In this document: piece by piece, positions 35,210 through 39,649 of the stretch
How the letters are laid out: each line of letters starts with the position of its first letter
Position numbering within the stretch: position 1 is the stretch's first letter
The notes under the pieces: model-generated
Seen by the model: the letters and a program-made list of their open reading frames with translations, nothing else
Database searches by the model: none
Told to the model about the DNA's origin: nothing
Program-made: the position numbers and the translations under genes
From: a virus
Taxonomy: Duplodnaviria > Caudoviricetes
Direction: 5' to 3' (one strand)
IMG/VR virus record: IMGVR_UViG_3300037423_000576
Span: 1 to 39,649 of that record
Length of the DNA stretch: 39,649 bases

Positions 35210-37450
35210 ATGTTCCATTATTTTAACGCGATCACCAATGTTCGCGGTGACGCGCTGATCGGCTATTTCGTCAAAGCGGTAGATACCGTGTCGGGCGATG
35301 CGGCGGCTATCTACGCCGATGAAAGCGCCACGCCGATCATTTCAGTCTCCGGGGTGGATAACGCGGCCGAGGTGGATTCGGACGGCAACGTGTCGTTCTA
35401 CATCGAGGGCGGGGAATATCACCTCGACATCTACGGCACCGACGCGACCAGCCTCATCAAACGTATCTCGAACGTGCCGATGAGCTCGGCCGTCGATGTG
35501 CGCGAGGACATTGAGAGCGGAGCACTATCCGAAGCGGGACTTGCCGATAGAATTGCCCTCGCGGCGATTGACGGCACAGATAACGCCAAGCGCTACCTCG
35601 CCGAGAGCGGGCGCGAGGGATGGTTTGTCTGGGACGGTTCCGATCTCGGCTCAAGGGTATCGGCCGATGTCAATCAGGGGATTTACGTCGCCCCGGCATC
35701 CGATGCTACCGGAGCCTCGGGAGCGTGGGTGCGCAAGTTCCAGGAGCCGGTTGACCCCAGATGGTGGGGCCTTTCGGTCTCCAATACGGGGGCAGAGAAC
35801 AGCGCCGCAATCGACGCGATGTTCGCTTGCCTTCGCTCGCGGGCGGTTGAGGTTTCCACTAACTATCAGGCAATTGAAGCAATCCGGTTCGCAGCGTCGG
35901 AAAGCTACGACCTTGCCTCGACGATCGAACTGACCAACGGCACTTTCGTGCTTGAGGGCGGAGCCACTGGTTTTGACGTAGGCAAGGCGACCAAGTTCAC
36001 TTTTCCCGCCGGGGTCACGGGGATCAGGGTTCAAGCCTACAACACCTCAGGCGCGAACACAAAGGATTCGGTCACTCACCGGGGCGGCGACGGGTCGATC
36101 ATTCGCGGGATTGCTCTGTTCGGCGGCTACACTTCAGTTGACGGCGAATATCACGGCATTCAGCTTCGCGCTCGCGCCGTTATCGAAAACGTCTTCATTC
36201 ATAATTTCGAGGGCGACGGCATTCACATCGCTGCCGGGGTGAGCAACGCGAACGGCGCAGATCCGCCATGCGGCAATGCCAACAACTGGCGCATCGTCGG
36301 CGGACGCATTCAACATTGCCGCAATGGCCTATTCACTGACGGAGCGGACGTTAACGCCGGATCATGCACTAGCCTCGACTGCACGGCTAACCGGTCATGG
36401 GGCATTTACGACAGCTCATTCCTCGGCAACACCTATGTCGCGTGTCACACGGCAACCAATACGATCGGCGCCTATAAGGCCGACGACGCAAGTGCGCAGA
36501 ATGTTTTCATCGGTTGCTACTCGGAGAGTGACCAACCCGGCTCAACCATCAATGTTCCCGCCCTGGTCGTCGGCGGACTTCATGCCGCCGCCCTCGGAGG
36601 AACCGGGGGCTATCTGAGCGCCACTCAGGGGGCGCCGACCACCACGCAAGCCTTCGTCAAATACAAGAGTGACGCGACCAACGGCGGCTACGGCTTCGCT
36701 ACCATAGGTGAAGGCAGCAACCAGACCACCCTGGCCTCGCAGTACCATAGCGTCCTCATGACCGAGACGTTCACCATCGGCCTTGGAACCGGCGGTATCC
36801 TCAAGAACGACCTCTGGGCCAACTTCAACACCAGCACGCACTGTTTCCGCATCACAGGCAATCTGACGACCGAGCAATATGGCACTGGAACCGCCCAACC
36901 TCGCGTCTTCCAGCCAACGCGGTTCGCGCTCGGCTCGTACGGTTCGGCTCGGCGAATGGATTATGCCTCCGCAGTTCCCAGCTCTGGAACCCACGGGCAA
37001 GGCGAGATCGTTTTCAACAATGCCCCGACGCAAGGCGGCATTTTCGGTTGGTCCTGCTACACCACAGGAACTCCAGGAAGCTGGACCGCAGATTATGTCA
37101 ACGCAAGAGCCGATCCGTCAATCGGTGTCGGTTATGTCACCGGAGCCGGCGGCGCGGTCACTCAGGCGACCTCTCGCACAACCGGAGTGACCCTCAACAA
37201 AGTCTGCGGCACAATCACTTTGGTTTCTGCGGCGGGCTCAGCTTCTTGGCAGACGTTCACCGTCACCAACAGCACAGTCGCCGCCAACGATACGATCAGA
37301 GTATGCCAGCAATCGGGAACTGATCTGTATCAGATCCACGTTACCAATGTGGCGGCAGGCAGCTTTAAAATCAGCTTCGCAACAACGGGCGGGACGACGA
37401 CCGAACAGCCGGTATTCAACTTCAGCGTTATCAAGGGCGTTGCCGCTTAG
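35210..37450 (+). CDS. tailspike / beta-helix receptor-binding protein
   Basis: P22-like head-binding N-terminus, GASGAWVR, PRWWG...beta-helix, C-terminal beta domain. Confidence 0.8.
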   Translation: MFHYFNAITNVRGDALIGYFVKAVDTVSGDAAAIYADESATPIISVSGVDNAAEVDSDGNVSFYIEGGEYHLDIYGTDATSLIKRISNVPMSSAVDVREDIESGALSEAGLADRIALAAIDGTDNAKRYLAESGREGWFVWDGSDLGSRVSADVNQGIYVAPASDATGASGAWVRKFQEPVDPRWWGLSVSNTGAENSAAIDAMFACLRSRAVEVSTNYQAIEAIRFAASESYDLASTIELTNGTFVLEGGATGFDVGKATKFTFPAGVTGIRVQAYNTSGANTKDSVTHRGGDGSIIRGIALFGGYTSVDGEYHGIQLRARAVIENVFIHNFEGDGIHIAAGVSNANGADPPCGNANNWRIVGGRIQHCRNGLFTDGADVNAGSCTSLDCTANRSWGIYDSSFLGNTYVACHTATNTIGAYKADDASAQNVFIGCYSESDQPGSTINVPALVVGGLHAAALGGTGGYLSATQGAPTTTQAFVKYKSDATNGGYGFATIGEGSNQTTLASQYHSVLMTETFTIGLGTGGILKNDLWANFNTSTHCFRITGNLTTEQYGTGTAQPRVFQPTRFALGSYGSARRMDYASAVPSSGTHGQGEIVFNNAPTQGGIFGWSCYTTGTPGSWTADYVNARADPSIGVGYVTGAGGAVTQATSRTTGVTLNKVCGTITLVSAAGSASWQTFTVTNSTVAANDTIRVCQQSGTDLYQIHVTNVAAGSFKISFATTGGTTTEQPVFNFSVIKGVAA

Positions 37451-37658
37451 TCGCGTTGAGCGCGTAGGGTTTCGATGAAGCGGAAGTGTGCGCCGAATTG
37501 TCCCGGCCCATTTCGCGAATCGTCCACCACGCGCCCCAACCGACAAACCCGAGCACAAGAAACGCCACACCGCCCGCGATATAGGGATGGCTGACGTAGA
37601 GATAGCTGTAGCCGACCGTGAAGCCGAGCACTCCGGCGATGATCCCTAACAATCTCAT
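37431..37658 (-). CDS. leaderless antisense two-TM membrane protein (possible superinfection exclusion)
   Basis: two hydrophobic helices; GTGC-TAAGAG ends 6 nt before ATG. Confidence 0.6.
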   Translation of the reverse strand: MRLLGIIAGVLGFTVGYSYLYVSHPYIAGGVAFLVLGFVGWGAWWTIREMGRDNSAHTSASSKPYALNATKRQRP

Positions 37659-37702
37659 GAACCCCTCTTAGCACGAGGATGTAAGCTTATGGAACCGTCC
37701 TC

Positions 37703-37888
37703 GTGACAAGCGATCATCGTTGGCTGGATGCCACCGCAGCCGGACTCGCCGGGATGGCGGCATTCAGTTTTTGGCAGGGGGTAGCCTTGGCGGTCACGAT
37801 CCTGGCCGGCCTCGGGTCGCTTTCGCTGATTATTCTGCGCTGGCACGACAGGCTCAGATACGGCCCCGGAAAGGGCTACCGGGAGTAG
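37703..37888 (+). CDS. putative holin
   Basis: small, hydrophobic helices, basic C-terminus; after tailspike, upstream of lysozyme. Confidence 0.6.
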   Translation: MTSDHRWLDATAAGLAGMAAFSFWQGVALAVTILAGLGSLSLIILRWHDRLRYGPGKGYRE

Positions 37889-37889
37889 T

Positions 37890-37997
37890 TGGTTGCGGGC
37901 CGGGCGCTAAACCGGCTGCGCTGGTCTTACGCCGGCACACCGCGCGGCCGTCCAGCAGCGTTGCCACCGCGTGTCTGCTTTCCACGCCGCCGCAACC
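37890..37997 (-). ncRNA. tRNA-like structured RNA
   Basis: GGTTGCGG/CCGCAACC closing stem, GCGTG/CACGC D-like arm, GCCGG/CCGGC T-like arm; starts 7 nt after the -10 element. Confidence 0.6.
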
Positions 37998-38002
37998 GGT
38001 CC

Positions 38003-38032
38003 TTGCGTATCCGTTATTATTGTGATAGTCAA
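38003..38032. promoter_or_regulatory. overlapping bidirectional promoter
   Basis: + strand TTGCGT-17-TAGTCA; - strand TTGACT-17-TACGCA. Confidence 0.65.
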
Positions 38033-38037
38033 GCGCT

Positions 38038-38187
38038 TGCTGGGAACTGTGCCCAGCGCCGATTAGCTCAGTCGGCAGCAGGCTTGTGGAGCGGGTCGGT
38101 CTTCCTCGCTGGAGGTGAGCACTCCCCCGGCTCGGACACCAAGCTGAACCAACGAAGGGTCGCCCTAACCGGCGGCCCTTTTTCTTT
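38038..38187 (+). ncRNA. structured sRNA or attenuator leader ending in a terminator
   Basis: hairpins GCTGGG/CCCAGC, GCCGATT/AGTCGGC, GGGTCGG/CCGGCTC, then terminator. Confidence 0.45.
38156..38187 (+). terminator. intrinsic terminator
   Basis: AAGGGTCGCC-CTAACC-GGCGGCCCTT-TTTCTTT. Confidence 0.75.
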
Positions 38188-38199
38188 GGGGGGATTCCC

Positions 38200-38316
38200 A
38201 TGACCAAAGACGGCATTCGCGAGATGATCTCTCGCCAGCTTCGCCTTGCCTACAATTCGGTGCTCACCGAACGCATCCCCGACGACATGAGGAGGTTGAT
38301 CGAGGAGCTGCGGTAA
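38200..38316 (+). CDS. nepR: NepR-like anti-sigma factor (38 aa, not in ORF track)
   Basis: MTKDGIREMISRQLRLAYNSVLTERIPDDMRRLIEELR fits the NepR core pattern (I/L)GxxLRxxYxxxxxExxPDxxxxLLxxL; SD-like GGGGGA; TAATG-coupled to next gene. Confidence 0.7.
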   Translation: MTKDGIREMISRQLRLAYNSVLTERIPDDMRRLIEELR

Positions 38317-39017
38317 TGGAGCCGCGCATCCTGTTCGCGGACATCGAGACCAAGCTTGCGGAGGTCTATACCTTCGGCATTCGCGATCAGCACATCACGC
38401 ATAAGCAGATCAAGACGCACGGAGGCATCTCCTGCGTCGGGATGAAGTGGTCCGACGAACGCAAGGTCACGGTGCTCTCGGAATGGCAGCACGGCTACGG
38501 CGAGATGCTGCGCCTCACGCACAAGGCGCTATGCGAATGCGACGCGGTCGCCACCTACAACGGGGCCAGCTTCGACATTCCCAAGCTCTCCGGAGCGTTC
38601 ATGGTTGCGGGGCTCCCTCCGCTCCCGAAACTGACGCAAATCGACATCTACAAAGCCGTCCGCAAGATGGGCTTCATCTGCAACAAGCTGGATTACATCG
38701 CGCCGCTTCTGGGACTTGGCCAGAAGGTCAAGCATGAAGGCTTGGAGCTGTGGATCAAGGTGCTCAACGGAGACACCAAGGCGCAGGCCAAGATGGCCCG
38801 CTACTGTGCTGGTGACGTTCGCCTGACCGAAGAGCTCTATAACCGCGTCCGCCCATACATTGGCGATCACCCGCACATGGGCCGGGGAGACTGTCCCAAC
38901 TGCGGCAGCGGGCACATGCAGCGCCGCGGATACCATAAGACCAGAGCGTTCAAGACCGAGCGGCTTCAGTGCCAGGAATGCGGCGGCTGGCGGCTCGGTA
39001 AACGCTCGGCAGCGTAA
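38316..39017 (+). CDS. RNase H-like DEDD 3'-5' exonuclease with C-terminal zinc ribbon
   Basis: ADIET, YNGASFDIP, KLDY, YCAGDV; CPNCGS...CQECG. Confidence 0.85.
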   Translation: MEPRILFADIETKLAEVYTFGIRDQHITHKQIKTHGGISCVGMKWSDERKVTVLSEWQHGYGEMLRLTHKALCECDAVATYNGASFDIPKLSGAFMVAGLPPLPKLTQIDIYKAVRKMGFICNKLDYIAPLLGLGQKVKHEGLELWIKVLNGDTKAQAKMARYCAGDVRLTEELYNRVRPYIGDHPHMGRGDCPNCGSGHMQRRGYHKTRAFKTERLQCQECGGWRLGKRSAA

Positions 39018-39225
39018 GGCCCCGCCAACACTCTGCTCGGAGGCTGACGGGGCCGCGCCAGTCATCAGACGGACCAGCGGTACATACCAAGAACATCGCG
39101 AATGTAAAGGACCGACCCGCCGCTTTCATCTGACCGAGCGGGGAGCGGGGGAAGAGTGTCCGCGCCCTCAGCTACTCACGACGGGTCTGAGCAGAAACAC
39201 CTCTGGACTCAGGAGGTTCCCGAGC

Positions 39226-39649
39226 ATGGCAAGAAAAATCAACGATCTCGGACTGGCGCTCGTCAAGAGTGCTGAGGGCCTTCGTCTGGAAGCCTATCGC
39301 TGCCCGGCCGGAGTCCTGACGATCGGGTACGGAAGCACGGGCCCGCATGTGCGGGAGGGGATGATTATCACCCCCGGCGAAGCTGAGCGCTTCCTGATGC
39401 TGGATCTCAAGCGCTTCGAGACGGGCGTGGAAGCCATGACCGACATGGTTCCGACCAACGACGACCAGTTTTCGGCGATGGTCTGCCTCAGTTTCAACAT
39501 CGGCCTGAATGCCTTCGCCACCTCCACCGTCCTGAAGAAGCACAAGAAGGGCGACTATGAGGGCGCGGGCAATGCCTTTTTGCTTTGGAATAAGGCTCGC
39601 GGGCAAGTCCTGAAGGGCCTCGTGAAGCGCCGTGAGGACGAGCGTTCGC
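39226..39649 (+). CDS. GH24 lysozyme/endolysin (truncated at window end)
   Basis: EGLRLEAYRCPAGVLTIGYGST...FNIG...GLVKRR..E; SD AGGAGG. Confidence 0.92.
   Translation, partial: MARKINDLGLALVKSAEGLRLEAYRCPAGVLTIGYGSTGPHVREGMIITPGEAERFLMLDLKRFETGVEAMTDMVPTNDDQFSAMVCLSFNIGLNAFATSTVLKKHKKGDYEGAGNAFLLWNKARGQVLKGLVKRREDERS

Noticed and set aside
37890-37997. tmRNA or canonical tRNA assignment
   Set aside because: No Ala identity G3-U pair, tag ORF, 7-nt anticodon loop or TTC loop.
38057-38085. GCCGATTAGCTCAGTCGG resembling a tRNA 5' half
   Set aside because: No matching D-stem partner, anticodon arm or TTCGA loop; it folds as a simple hairpin.
38529-39065. 178-aa minus-strand ORF
   Set aside because: Lies almost wholly antisense to the exonuclease and has no recognisable features.
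39040-39075. CTGATGA hammerhead-like core on the minus strand
   Set aside because: No correctly placed GAAA or stems II/III found.

Overview
About 39.6 kb covering most of a temperate, podovirus-like phage of an Alphaproteobacterium (probably Sphingomonadaceae; this is inference from the alpha-type LexA boxes, the tRNA-Trp core and the NepR-like gene). It is in the non-integrated form, because an intact attP (tRNA-Trp 3' core flanked by arm repeats) sits next to the integrase. Gene order is lambdoid: leftward early arm (integrase, NinB-like, HNH-like, SSB-like, ERF, many small genes), cI/cro switch, rightward replication arm, a late promoter, two parallel fibre-like modules ahead of the terminase, then TerS/TerL, portal, scaffold, capsid, adaptor, nozzle, ejection proteins, fibre/tailspike, holin and a lysozyme truncated at the window end. 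The most interesting signals are mostly missing from the ORF track. (1) A 38-aa NepR-like anti-sigma factor gene is coupled to a DEDD exonuclease behind a bidirectional promoter that also appears to drive a tRNA-like RNA. (2) A LexA-boxed promoter fires antisense into a cI that lacks an autoprotease domain, with an overlapping ORF that may be an antirepressor. (3) Two modules pair a small subunit with a protein carrying 21-aa repeats, and both long proteins share a Trp/Gly C-terminal motif. (4) A candidate +1 frameshift would append a peptidoglycan peptidase to an ejection protein. (5) A series of leaderless antisense genes and RNAs with matching promoters is interleaved in the late operon. 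All calls were made by eye; no searches or folding programs were run.
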